Part shown: positions 42,368 to 51,811 of the stretch, one piece after another
How the letters are laid out: the number at the start of each line of letters is the position of its first letter
Position numbering within the stretch: position 1 is the stretch's first letter
NCBI GenBank assembly: GCA_963663965.2
Contig: CAXXFK010000030.1
Coordinates: 224,001-288,000, forward strand
Length of the DNA stretch: 64,000 nucleotides
Origin: Sedimentisphaerales bacterium
Lineage (GTDB): Bacteria; Planctomycetota; Phycisphaerae; Sedimentisphaerales; SM23-30
Reading direction: 5' to 3'
The notes under the pieces: model-generated
The model's database searches: none
What the model saw: the letters and a program-made list of their open reading frames with translations, nothing else
Told to the model about the DNA's origin: nothing
Position numbers and translations under genes: made by a program

Positions 42368-45300
42368 TTATGACATGTCAGCCAGCAGGGCAATTTCCTG
42401 TTGAGTCAATACCCGGTCATAAATCCGGACATCATCGATTTTGCCGCCGATGGCGCGTCCGCCGCCAATGCGATCACCCAAGGTCACTGGCAAATCAACA
42501 TTCATCTGCATGGCGCCGTCTAAAGCCGTTTGTTGCGCGGAAGAGGGTTCCTGGCCATTGACATAAACATGGACTTTACGGTCGCCCAGATCATCATAGG
42601 TCATCACCAGATGGTACCATTGGCCCGCCTGGGGGGTAATGGTGGTTTCGGTCAGTGCGTACGTTCCGCTGCCGTTGACAAAACCGGTAATATGACCCGA
42701 TTGGGTTCCCCAGGTCTGAACACTCCAGAGATGACTGCTCAGATTTCGCTGGCCGGCGATATGAAATGATTGAGTCAATGAAATAGCGTTGGCATTGAAC
42801 CAGAACGCCACGGTAAAGGCCGGATAGGTAAGTCCGCTGCCTGCGCCGCAATTGGCCAGGTCGTTAATACCGTCAAGCACCAGACCGCCGTTGCCGATTT
42901 TGTAATTGCCCAGGAGATGGCTGATCGCGGCCCCGTTTTCCAGCAGGGCGTCCCGGTTTCCAACGCTGTCATTGCCATTCTCGTCAAATTTCCAATACGC
43001 GATGGGTTTGGGATTGGATGATTCAGATAACCAGCGCAGCGCCAGCTCACTGAAATCATAAAGATCGATACGGGTATCGTAGAAGAAAATATTGCCGACT
43101 GATGGATTCAGATTGTTTTCCTGGACCAGCCACTCATCCGTTATCGAAGGTAAATCTCCGGCATCGATCTGTCCGCTGTCGTTCAGGTCGCCAGTCAGGC
43201 GGGCCGGTTGCGGCACAACGGCGAGAATGGATAACCCGCCGTTGCGGTTACTGACCAGCAGCCGGGAGTCCGCCTGGTTGATCCGGGTGCTTTCCGCCGG
43301 CAGTGCGGTGCGGGCATGGATGATGGGGTTGGCTGGATCGGTAATATCAAAGATCGTTACGCCTCCCTGGCTGTTGGCCAGGCAGAGCCGTTGATTAATT
43401 ACCGCCAGACTGACCGCCCGCCCGGGCAGATCATATTGGCCGATCAAAGCGGGGGCGGCAGGGTTATTCAAACTGAATATGGCCAGTCCGCCAGTAGCCT
43501 GAGCCGCGTACAGGGTGTTGCCCGCAATGGCCAGACTATAGGCCGTATCGGCAGTGTCGACCTGGCTGACTGGAGACAGGCTTTCAATCAGAACGGTCTG
43601 AATACCCATGCCGGCGCTGGCGAGATAGACATAGCCGTTATAGAGGGCAAGATCGAGAATCCGCGCGGGACTGTGCCAGGAACTGATCAAGTCCGGATTG
43701 TCGTTATCGTTGGTCAAACGATAAAGTGTTCGCTCATCGGCGGCCAGCAAAGTGGCCGCGTTGGCGGCTACCTGATCGATCTGGGTTCCACTGTCAAAAT
43801 GACCTTTTAACACTGGATGGGCCGGATCCGCGATCGAAGCCACCCGCAGACCGTCCAGGCCGTTGGCAATATGAACCTTGTCGTCAACCACCGCGAATTC
43901 ACTGGCCTGGCCCAGGGTATTGAGCATACTGATCTGACCGGGCCTCAATACTTCGCTTAAGTCAACCACCTGCAATCCTTCATCCCCTTCCGCGGTTAAA
44001 ACACGTTCCAGACCGTTGACGGGTGTCAGGCCGGCGGGACTGGCATGAAACGTCCATGGATTACTGACTGCCGGAAGTTCCGGATTGGCCAGATCGACCA
44101 GGCAGACACCCAGTTTTTGCCGGGCCACTGCCAGCCGGTTCGTATCGACTGCCAGAAGATCGACTGCGCCATCGGTGCCGGGAATGATCCTGACCGAGAC
44201 GGGTTCGTCCGGGTTGGTGATATTGACCAGCTCAATACCGGCCGCGGTAGCCACACAGGCAAAATCACCCGATAACGCCATCGCCCGGCCGGTTCCTCCC
44301 TGCAGGCGGCACTGACCGGTCACGGTCAGTGTGCTTCCGTTGTATTGGCCGGTCATAAAATCGTCCAGATAGTTGGTTACATAAACGGTATCGCCATTCA
44401 CGGCCATTGCCCTGGGCAGTTCGGTGAGTCCGACCTGACCGGTCAGTTTTGGCGTCCAGGTAGATAACTCGACCATCTTCACGCCGGTTTCCTGACAGAG
44501 CAGCCAGGCGCGATCGCCGGTTATCGTTACTTTTGTTACCGGCTCCGTCGGGGTGTATTGCCGGTCCGGCTGAAGCGAGGAAACTGAGATGGCATATTGG
44601 ATCAGGCCGCCAGAGCCGTCGGCGACACAAAGATGATCGCCATGCCAGGCAACGGACTGGGCATAGAAATCAGTATTATATCCGGCGAGAGGTTCAATGG
44701 GTGTAAAGTTGGTCAGATCAATCAGCGCCACACCCCGCTTGCCCAGCGCGACCGCAGCACGATCACCTTGAATCGCAATATCCAGGATGGTATCATCCAG
44801 AGGCATTTGACGTAACAGAACCGGACCGGCGGGATCACCCATCTGCAGCCGGCATAGCATATGGCCCTGTCCAACCAGCACGTCTGATCCATATTGCGCC
44901 AGGCAGTTCGAGGCGCTGCCGATACCGCCCACGGCCCTCAGGGTGTAGGCGGCTTCGCCAATGGTCTGCGCCTGAAGATCTACATACGTAACCGGGGTAT
45001 CCGGATCATCGCTGCCGACGGCCAGTCTGGCATAGGGGTAATCTCCGGCGCGTGTGGTGTTCAATTGAACAGTTAAATTGCGCAGGGTATTTTCGGTTCC
45101 ATCGGAAAGAGTGCCGCGGATACTGGAAAATGCCGCCTGACACAGGGTGCCATCGCTATGACTGGTGACCGCCAGGCCGATCAGGACGCTCGTACTCATA
45201 CTGATGGATTCGGATCCCACCGGTGTCCAGCTGGAGCCGTTGGATGAATAATAAGCGCTGAAGGTGCTGCCCTGGCGGACCAGGCGAACCCACGTGGGGG

Positions 45301-46702
45301 CCGTGAGACTGCCGATCGTGGTACTGGTTGAGGCGCCTTCGGTCGAGACCCGCCGCTGGAATGAAACACCGTTACCCGGCGTGACGCACATGAAGGCGTG
45401 TTTGGCCTCATTGGAAGTGCCATTGCGGATCATGACCCCGGCTTTGGCCCAGGTATTGGTATTGGCGACTGAATTAACCTTTGCGATAATCTCGCCATCG
45501 CCATTCAGCGATTGATAGGCGTAATGGAACTCATCCTCTTCCCCCCAGATATCTTCCCCGGAACCTGAAATGGTTATGGTGCCGTTGCCATAGGTTGTAC
45601 TGCCGGCAGCGCCCACTTCACCAATATCACGGTTTGACCATGGGTTGGTTCTGGTTGGGATGGTTAAGGGCAGCGTCGGGGCGCCGATCAGCGAATAATG
45701 ATCTTTATCCAGGCCGGTCAGATTCAGGGAGGTAATGGTCAGGTTTTTGTCGCCCAGATTCTGCAGGGCAACGGTTGCCTGGCGGGTCTGGTTTTCGGGC
45801 ACATCTTTAAACTGAATCATTTGAGGAGACACGGCAATATCTGAAAATGCCGGAGACAATGTGGTAAAAGTCTGGATATCATTCGCCCAGATATCTTTGG
45901 TGGAGGAGACGACCCGGAACCGATAATAATAAGTCGTTACCGGGGTCAGGCCGGTCAGGGTATGCGACAAAGTTCCTATTCCCTGAATACCCAACGATAC
46001 CGCATGATCCCAGCCGGCGGGACTAGTGCCGCCCTGGTTGTCATTGCCCCAGTACAGATACACCAGCGGATTTTCGCCATCGGTACCGGTAACCTGACCG
46101 TTGAGTACGGCGCTGGTTTCCGTCACAGTACCGGCCGGCAAATTAGAAATGCCCAGTCCGCTGGGAACATATTCGATCCGGACATTGAGAAACTTGCCAT
46201 TGGCCGGGGTCTGTACCCAGGGCGTGCGGCCTTTGGTAATATTGAAAGTGGCCACATTCAGATTGTTGGAATCGTTGCCATTGGAGCATTCCATCCAGAG
46301 TTTATAATTGCCATCCGGCAGGGTGGTCCCATCGGGCAAGCTGGTATTGTACATGGTGCAATCCCAGCTGATGACATATTCCCGGTATCCGCTTTGCGTA
46401 GCGCCCGTCCGGTCAGTGCGGTCATCGGTTCTATAAGTGGGATTATTGGAATACCAGGTATAACAACTGCCATAACGGGTATTGGCCCAGAGCGCAACCT
46501 TGCCATTGCCGGTGCCGAGTGTGCAGACCCGATTGTTGCTGGTATCGGTCAACCAGACCGCCTGGACATAACTGGTCCCGTAACGTCCTCCCGCATCCGT
46601 TGGCGTAAACCGAACGGTGAAGGTGTCGGCTTGAAGCGTCTGGCCGACAGTCACAGTCAATAGCAGGATACCAAAAATGGTTCGGGCTGTTGCGTTATTC
46701 AT
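42368..46702 (-). CDS. Large secreted multidomain protein: DUF2271-like, FN3/Ig-like, ConA-like, LVIVD repeats, dockerin-like, LamG
   Basis: Signal peptide. AVWLTD..TL..TGAT..WD..LPDGNYKLWME (DUF2271-like); WAKAGVMIR (ConA-like); GLQVVDLS / GVTIFDITDPANP (LVIVD); GDLNDSGQIDAGDL (dockerin-like); AYWKFDE..WYHLV..IDDVRIYDRVL (LamG). Confidence 0.8.
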   Translation of the reverse strand: MNNATARTIFGILLLTVTVGQTLQADTFTVRFTPTDAGGRYGTSYVQAVWLTDTSNNRVCTLGTGNGKVALWANTRYGSCYTWYSNNPTYRTDDRTDRTGATQSGYREYVISWDCTMYNTSLPDGTTLPDGNYKLWMECSNGNDSNNLNVATFNITKGRTPWVQTPANGKFLNVRIEYVPSGLGISNLPAGTVTETSAVLNGQVTGTDGENPLVYLYWGNDNQGGTSPAGWDHAVSLGIQGIGTLSHTLTGLTPVTTYYYRFRVVSSTKDIWANDIQTFTTLSPAFSDIAVSPQMIQFKDVPENQTRQATVALQNLGDKNLTITSLNLTGLDKDHYSLIGAPTLPLTIPTRTNPWSNRDIGEVGAAGSTTYGNGTITISGSGEDIWGEEDEFHYAYQSLNGDGEIIAKVNSVANTNTWAKAGVMIRNGTSNEAKHAFMCVTPGNGVSFQRRVSTEGASTSTTIGSLTAPTWVRLVRQGSTFSAYYSSNGSSWTPVGSESISMSTSVLIGLAVTSHSDGTLCQAAFSSIRGTLSDGTENTLRNLTVQLNTTRAGDYPYARLAVGSDDPDTPVTYVDLQAQTIGEAAYTLRAVGGIGSASNCLAQYGSDVLVGQGHMLCRLQMGDPAGPVLLRQMPLDDTILDIAIQGDRAAVALGKRGVALIDLTNFTPIEPLAGYNTDFYAQSVAWHGDHLCVADGSGGLIQYAISVSSLQPDRQYTPTEPVTKVTITGDRAWLLCQETGVKMVELSTWTPKLTGQVGLTELPRAMAVNGDTVYVTNYLDDFMTGQYNGSTLTVTGQCRLQGGTGRAMALSGDFACVATAAGIELVNITNPDEPVSVRIIPGTDGAVDLLAVDTNRLAVARQKLGVCLVDLANPELPAVSNPWTFHASPAGLTPVNGLERVLTAEGDEGLQVVDLSEVLRPGQISMLNTLGQASEFAVVDDKVHIANGLDGLRVASIADPAHPVLKGHFDSGTQIDQVAANAATLLAADERTLYRLTNDNDNPDLISSWHSPARILDLALYNGYVYLASAGMGIQTVLIESLSPVSQVDTADTAYSLAIAGNTLYAAQATGGLAIFSLNNPAAPALIGQYDLPGRAVSLAVINQRLCLANSQGGVTIFDITDPANPIIHARTALPAESTRINQADSRLLVSNRNGGLSILAVVPQPARLTGDLNDSGQIDAGDLPSITDEWLVQENNLNPSVGNIFFYDTRIDLYDFSELALRWLSESSNPKPIAYWKFDENGNDSVGNRDALLENGAAISHLLGNYKIGNGGLVLDGINDLANCGAGSGLTYPAFTVAFWFNANAISLTQSFHIAGQRNLSSHLWSVQTWGTQSGHITGFVNGSGTYALTETTITPQAGQWYHLVMTYDDLGDRKVHVYVNGQEPSSAQQTALDGAMQMNVDLPVTLGDRIGGGRAIGGKIDDVRIYDRVLTQQEIALLADMS

Positions 46703-46723
46703 GATACGGTTCCTTTATAATTG

Positions 46724-47206
46724 TTAATGGGACAGGGACTGGTTTTGATGGGTAAAGTAATGAACTCGGGAATGAATGCATTGCACAATCTGAGGCAATG
46801 CTTTTTTCAATTTAGACGACAACTCCAGGCCCAGATCGATTTGAGCCGGCTGAATACCGACGATCAGTACGCGTGGGCGACGTTCCGGATCCAGCATTTG
46901 AATGGCCGCCGGTAAACCCAGGTCATGCAGGGAATGCCCATCTGGAACCAGCGCGTCGCCGCCGTCAAAATAATAAACACTGCCGGGCGGGCCATCGGCA
47001 CAAACCGCGTCAATGGCAATGATCTGAGCATAGTTTTCCAGAATATCCAGCGAGCCCAGCACGGACGTGCCGATCTCGTACAGATCGGTATCGACCGGCG
47101 GATCCTGCATCATCTTGCGAATGATGTGTACTCCCACGCCGTCATCCTGCATCAGCAGATTGCCCAGGCCGAGAATCGCTATTCTGGTTGGAGCTGGTTT
47201 ATTCAT
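46724..47206 (-). CDS. Hydrogenase maturation endopeptidase (HyaD/HybD family)
   Basis: ILGLGNLLMQDDGVG, IDAV, SLHD, GIQP. Confidence 0.93.
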   Translation of the reverse strand: MNKPAPTRIAILGLGNLLMQDDGVGVHIIRKMMQDPPVDTDLYEIGTSVLGSLDILENYAQIIAIDAVCADGPPGSVYYFDGGDALVPDGHSLHDLGLPAAIQMLDPERRPRVLIVGIQPAQIDLGLELSSKLKKALPQIVQCIHSRVHYFTHQNQSLSH

Positions 47207-47217
47207 AAACAAGTAAC

Positions 47218-48639
47218 TCAACGAATTCTGACAAGTTTGGCTTCCTGACCCGGCCGGATCACGTGTGTGGCGCAATCCAGGCAGGGATCGAATGAATGAA
47301 TGATACGCATCACTTCGATCGGCATATCCGGATTTTCGATGGGCGTGCCCAGCAGGGCTTCTTCCAGCGGGCCGGGAACACCGCCGCTATCGCGGGGTGA
47401 ACAGTTCCAGGTCGTTGGGGAGATCACCTGATAGGCGGCCAGTTTGCCATTTTCGATTTTCAACCAGTGGCCCAGCGCGCCGCGCGGCGCTTCGGTCAAT
47501 CCGCTGGCTGTGGCGCTATCGGGCAGGACGGGTTCGTTATAAACAGCGCCGGCCGGGTCCAGCTGGTTAACCCAGATTCGCAGCGCCTCGGCCACCAGTA
47601 ATGCTTCATGGGCCCGGGCCAGATGCCGGTCCATAGTGGAAATGCCGTTTTGATAATCGCCCCGAACCCACATGCGCGCCAGGGGTCCGACTTCGTAGGG
47701 CTTGCCAAGATAGCGGGGTGATTTGACCCAGGAATAAGCGTCCCGTTTGGGGCTTTGAGGCTGGGTATAACTTTCCGAAGGATGGATCGGATTCGCATCC
47801 GCAAACCAGGAATAAGTCACCTGTTCGGTGATCTGGGCGGCATTGAAAGGTTGAACGTTTCTTGAACCATTCGCGATACTCCCGGCCGGTATCAACCGCT
47901 GGCCCGGCGTTGATTCTTCAAATACGCCGTATGCCAGCAGGTTTTTGCATCCGGCTCCGATCGAGAAGTAATCGCGATAGATCGTACCCAGTAACTCGAC
48001 ATCAGGAATATAAACATCCCGCACAAACGGGATCAATTCGTCCAGAAAACGATTGTACTCATCAATACGTTCCTGGCGTGGTGTACAGGTGAATCCGCCC
48101 GGAATAAAGGCGTTGGGATGCGGCGCCCGACCGCCAAAAATGGCCGTCATCTGATCGGCCTTGCGGCGCATGGTGACCGCCTGAAGATAATGGCTGACCA
48201 GCCGGTCGGTCTGGGTCTTATCCAGACGGCGATCGATATCCCAGTCTGCCTGCCAGGGCGGCATGGCGGGACCCGCGACATAATCAGGCACGGACAGCAG
48301 ATAAAAGTGCAGAATATGCGACTCGACAAAATTGGCGCCGTTGACCAGGTTGCGCATCAAACGGGCATTGTTTGGAATATTGACGCCGAAGGCATTGTCC
48401 AGATTCAAAACCGACGCCATGCCATGCGCGACCGGGCAAACCCCGCAGATACGCTGGGTGATGTGCTGCGCGTCGCGCGGATCGCGGCCGATCAGCAGCT
48501 TCTCAAAGCCCCGGAACAGTCCCCCGGTCGCCTTGGCATCGACTACCTGCTGAACACCGTTAACGGTGTCGATTTCGATTTGGATATTAAGATGCCCTTC
48601 GATACGGGTAACGGGATCGAATGCCGCGGTAATTTTCAT
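47218..48639 (-). CDS. [NiFe]-hydrogenase large subunit (group 1, 1a-like)
   Basis: DPVTRIEGH; L1 TQRICGVCPVAH; EAPRGALGH; L2 SFDPCLDCATH followed by a cleavable tail. Confidence 0.96.
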   Translation of the reverse strand: MKITAAFDPVTRIEGHLNIQIEIDTVNGVQQVVDAKATGGLFRGFEKLLIGRDPRDAQHITQRICGVCPVAHGMASVLNLDNAFGVNIPNNARLMRNLVNGANFVESHILHFYLLSVPDYVAGPAMPPWQADWDIDRRLDKTQTDRLVSHYLQAVTMRRKADQMTAIFGGRAPHPNAFIPGGFTCTPRQERIDEYNRFLDELIPFVRDVYIPDVELLGTIYRDYFSIGAGCKNLLAYGVFEESTPGQRLIPAGSIANGSRNVQPFNAAQITEQVTYSWFADANPIHPSESYTQPQSPKRDAYSWVKSPRYLGKPYEVGPLARMWVRGDYQNGISTMDRHLARAHEALLVAEALRIWVNQLDPAGAVYNEPVLPDSATASGLTEAPRGALGHWLKIENGKLAAYQVISPTTWNCSPRDSGGVPGPLEEALLGTPIENPDMPIEVMRIIHSFDPCLDCATHVIRPGQEAKLVRIR

Positions 48640-48715
48640 GACTTTCTCCTGAAAGAAAGGATCTGGTTAAATTCGAATGGTTTATTTTTATGCGGGGAAC
48701 AAACTCGACAAATAC

Positions 48716-49687
48716 TTACAGTTCATAGAACGATCCGCCCGGGAAATCCGGCTCGACGCAGCCCAGGCATAATCCGTTGCTATCGACGCACCAGTTGACT
48801 GCGCCGCCTTCGCCTTTGTTCCAGCGGCGGGTCGGGCAATCCGCGAAGGTGTTTGGGCCGCGACACCCCAGCGGTTCCAGACATAAACCATCCTGACCGA
48901 AAGTGGTGGCAAGACCAGTGCCTTGTTTGTTGGGATTGCGCGGACAGTGTTCGTGGATATTGCGAACATTGAGATTGTCATCCTTGTTGCCATAGATTTC
49001 CACTGGTCGCAGATAGGGGTCTAATTGCGGAATATTGCCCAGAATCAACTGGACGACCGCCCAGGCCACCCAATCGGGATGCGCCGGGCAGCCCGGAATA
49101 TTGATGACCGGCTTATCTGGGTAGAGGGCATGGACCGCTTGATGGCAGGGGATGACGCCGGTTGGGTTGGTTTCTTTGGGATCGGGGCCGGACATGGGAA
49201 TGCCGCCATAGCTGGCACAGGTGCCTACGCAGACCACCGCCGCGGCATCCTTGGCCAGATCCTTGATGGCGTCATGATAAGTGATTTCCTGTCCGTTAGC
49301 CGTGGCGATCAGGCAGGCTCGACCGTCAAATGCCATCGGAACGCCGCCTTCCAGCACCAGAACAAATCCACCTTTACGGGCCGCTTCAAAGTTCATGGTC
49401 CAGGCGGTTTCACCGGCTGATGACATAACTACCGTATGATAGGCAAGATTGACATGCTGGATCAATACTTGATCCACTGTCAGGTGCCCAACCGGATCGA
49501 CGTTGTCGAAAAGATTTAAAAATGAGATCGAGTCGCCCTGACAACCGCTGCCATGCAGCCAGATCAGGGTGGGGGCGCCGTCACTGGCCAGGGCCGCTTC
49601 CAATTGACGTACGGTGGCCTGGGTTAATCCCAGCGAAGCCGCCGCTGCTCCGCAAAACTGTAAAAATTGTCGCCTGGAGATCTGCAT
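48716..49687 (-). CDS. [NiFe]-hydrogenase small subunit, Tat-exported, no C-terminal membrane anchor
   Basis: SRRQFL Tat motif, GCQGDSIS, GTCASYGGIP, PGCPAHP, HEHCPR, LGCRGP, WCV..CLGC. Confidence 0.95.
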   Translation of the reverse strand: MQISRRQFLQFCGAAAASLGLTQATVRQLEAALASDGAPTLIWLHGSGCQGDSISFLNLFDNVDPVGHLTVDQVLIQHVNLAYHTVVMSSAGETAWTMNFEAARKGGFVLVLEGGVPMAFDGRACLIATANGQEITYHDAIKDLAKDAAAVVCVGTCASYGGIPMSGPDPKETNPTGVIPCHQAVHALYPDKPVINIPGCPAHPDWVAWAVVQLILGNIPQLDPYLRPVEIYGNKDDNLNVRNIHEHCPRNPNKQGTGLATTFGQDGLCLEPLGCRGPNTFADCPTRRWNKGEGGAVNWCVDSNGLCLGCVEPDFPGGSFYEL

Positions 49688-49884
49688 AAGTGTTCCTTTA
49701 CTGTTGATAGTTAGGGCGGTTATTCTCGGATCAGAATGGTAAGGGAAACAAACGGAAACAGGATTATGTAGGGTTAAAACTGAAACGTTCAGGAATACCT
49801 GTGATAATTTTTAATGGATCGGCTCAAAGGGTGGATGACATCATCAGTTGCGGTCCATCCTGATAAAAATCTTTCAACCGGTTC

Positions 49885-50910
49885 TTACTCTTTAGATGTC
49901 AAGGTTCGGATTGGATTTATAACGGGAAAATGGCTGGAAGCAATCGATTCAAAGTCGGGAGTGATAAAAAACGCTTCCACATCCTGGATTTGTTCGCAAA
50001 GCGCCAGGCCGTCGTTCGGTCCCATAACGAAAAAGGCGGTTGCCAGGGCGTCAGCGGATTCTGCGTCCGGCCCAATCACGGTAACTGAAATGCAGCCCTC
50101 CACTGGCCGGCCCGTTCTGGGATCGATAATATGGTGATAGCGTTTTCCATCGATCTCGACCATTTTCTCATAATCACCTGAGGTGACAATGGCTTCGTTT
50201 GTGACGGCAACCGTGCCCAGCGGTTTGCCTCTGGCGTCACGGGGATTATTAATGCTGATCCGCCAGGGATCGCAGCCATCAGGAGTGCTGGCCAGCAGGT
50301 CACCGCCGGCGTTGATCAGAAAATAATCAAAACCTTCCCTGCGAAGGGTTGCCGCCGCGGCATCGACGATTGTGCCTTTGGCAATGCCACCCAGATCAAT
50401 CCGCATGCCTTTTTCTTGCAGGTATGCCGTGTTTTCGGAATGGTTTAATTTAAGTTTTTTATAGTCAACCAAGGGCAGGGCCTGGTCGATTTGTTCATCG
50501 GTAGGGATTACCGGTAATACCGGTCGTAACTCGTAAAGTTTTCCAACGGCCGAGAAAGTAATGTCAAAGGCGCCGTGCGACATGTCCGCTATCTCTTGCG
50601 ATTTTTGCAGGATCGACATCAATTCAGGCCCGATTTTAACCGGTGCGATACCCGCCTGACGATTCACCAGGCTGGTCTGGCTTTCCGGAACCCAGGAACT
50701 GATGGTTGAAATGCTTTTCTCCATGGTTGCCACGGCATGTTCCATTGCTGTATACGCGTTGGGTTGGCGAGATGCATCGCATTTGACTTTGATGGAAACA
50801 TCCGTTCCCATCATACCGCCGTGGAATTCACAGACAATCAATTCCTGCGCAGTATCGTGCTGTGCATTACATCCCAGAAAAAAAATGAAAGGTACAATCA
50901 GATATCTCAT
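49885..50910 (-). CDS. apbE: FAD:protein FMN transferase (lipoprotein)
   Basis: Lipobox FLGC, MGT, GAFDIT, DLGGIAKG, NAGGD, TSGDYE, HHIIDPRTG, ADALATA. Confidence 0.95.
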   Translation of the reverse strand: MRYLIVPFIFFLGCNAQHDTAQELIVCEFHGGMMGTDVSIKVKCDASRQPNAYTAMEHAVATMEKSISTISSWVPESQTSLVNRQAGIAPVKIGPELMSILQKSQEIADMSHGAFDITFSAVGKLYELRPVLPVIPTDEQIDQALPLVDYKKLKLNHSENTAYLQEKGMRIDLGGIAKGTIVDAAAATLRREGFDYFLINAGGDLLASTPDGCDPWRISINNPRDARGKPLGTVAVTNEAIVTSGDYEKMVEIDGKRYHHIIDPRTGRPVEGCISVTVIGPDAESADALATAFFVMGPNDGLALCEQIQDVEAFFITPDFESIASSHFPVINPIRTLTSKE

Positions 50911-51534
50911 GCGAGTTTTGCCTTTTTTCCGCATGATCCAAGTTTTCAGTTTTTCCTCATTCGCGTTTTGAACATGACCCAGATATGAGGTCACTGGATA
51001 CATTTTACCTCATGGTTTGAATAATAACAAATGTAAAAAAATAAAATTTATATTGAATCACTAATAGATCATAATAAAGTAGCGGGTGTATTGTTGTAAG
51101 ATATTGCAATTCAAGACATTATATTTCTTAAGGCCTTCGCCGTTTTTATGGAATTCCAAATAATATTAATATATGTATATATTGTGGGGTGTTATTAGTA
51201 AGTATGTTTTCTTTTAACGAGAACCGACATGTTTGTGTTGTGACGACTTGTTCTCAATATTGAGAATTTTATTTCCCGGGAATAATTTACATTTATGGCA
51301 CTATTTGAAATGGGTACTTCTTAGGCCTGCCATATTATGGTAAGGGCGATATTTTAATAACATCCTGCCTGAATAGCGGTTATGATTAGAAAATCCGACG
51401 GGAAAGACCCCAGGCAGGCTATCGGGTTCTGAATGTGAGGTTTCTATATTCACTAAACGGTTTTGTAACATTTTTTCAAAAAAAGGATTGAAATATACCA
51501 AAAGGGGATTATCATAGTCAACCTGACATCCATT

Positions 51535-51606
51535 GCGGGTGTAGCTCAGTGGTAGAGCGTCACGTTGCCAACGTGAATGTCGTGAGTTCGAGCCTCATCA
51601 CCCGCT
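51535..51606 (+). tRNA. tRNA-Gly(GCC), CCA not encoded
   Basis: Acceptor stem GCGGGTG/CACCCGC, D-arm AGCTCAGTGGTAGAGC, anticodon stem TCACG/CGTGA with loop TTGCCAA, T-loop GTTCGAG. Confidence 0.95.
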
Positions 51607-51811
51607 TTTTTTGTTTATTGCGACAACGAGTTATCGGGCATGAAGTCCTGGCGTTGGTCGGAGTCGCGTCATAACGAAGCCAGAAATGATTTCTTTTAAG
51701 GCCATAACTGTTTCGATGCGATGTAAATCGGATTTCAGCCTTTTTTTGTGCCGATGGTTTTAGCCTTCAGGAAACAGTACTTGATACGGTACCAATCTAG
51801 GAACTTAATGA

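Noticed and set aside
47270..47290. Selenocysteine ([NiFeSe]) hydrogenase
   Set aside because: The L2 codon is TGC (Cys), not TGA.
51535..51700. Integrative element at tRNA-Gly
   Set aside because: No integrase and no duplicated tRNA 3' end was seen in the window; the tRNA is in ordinary tig-clpP context.
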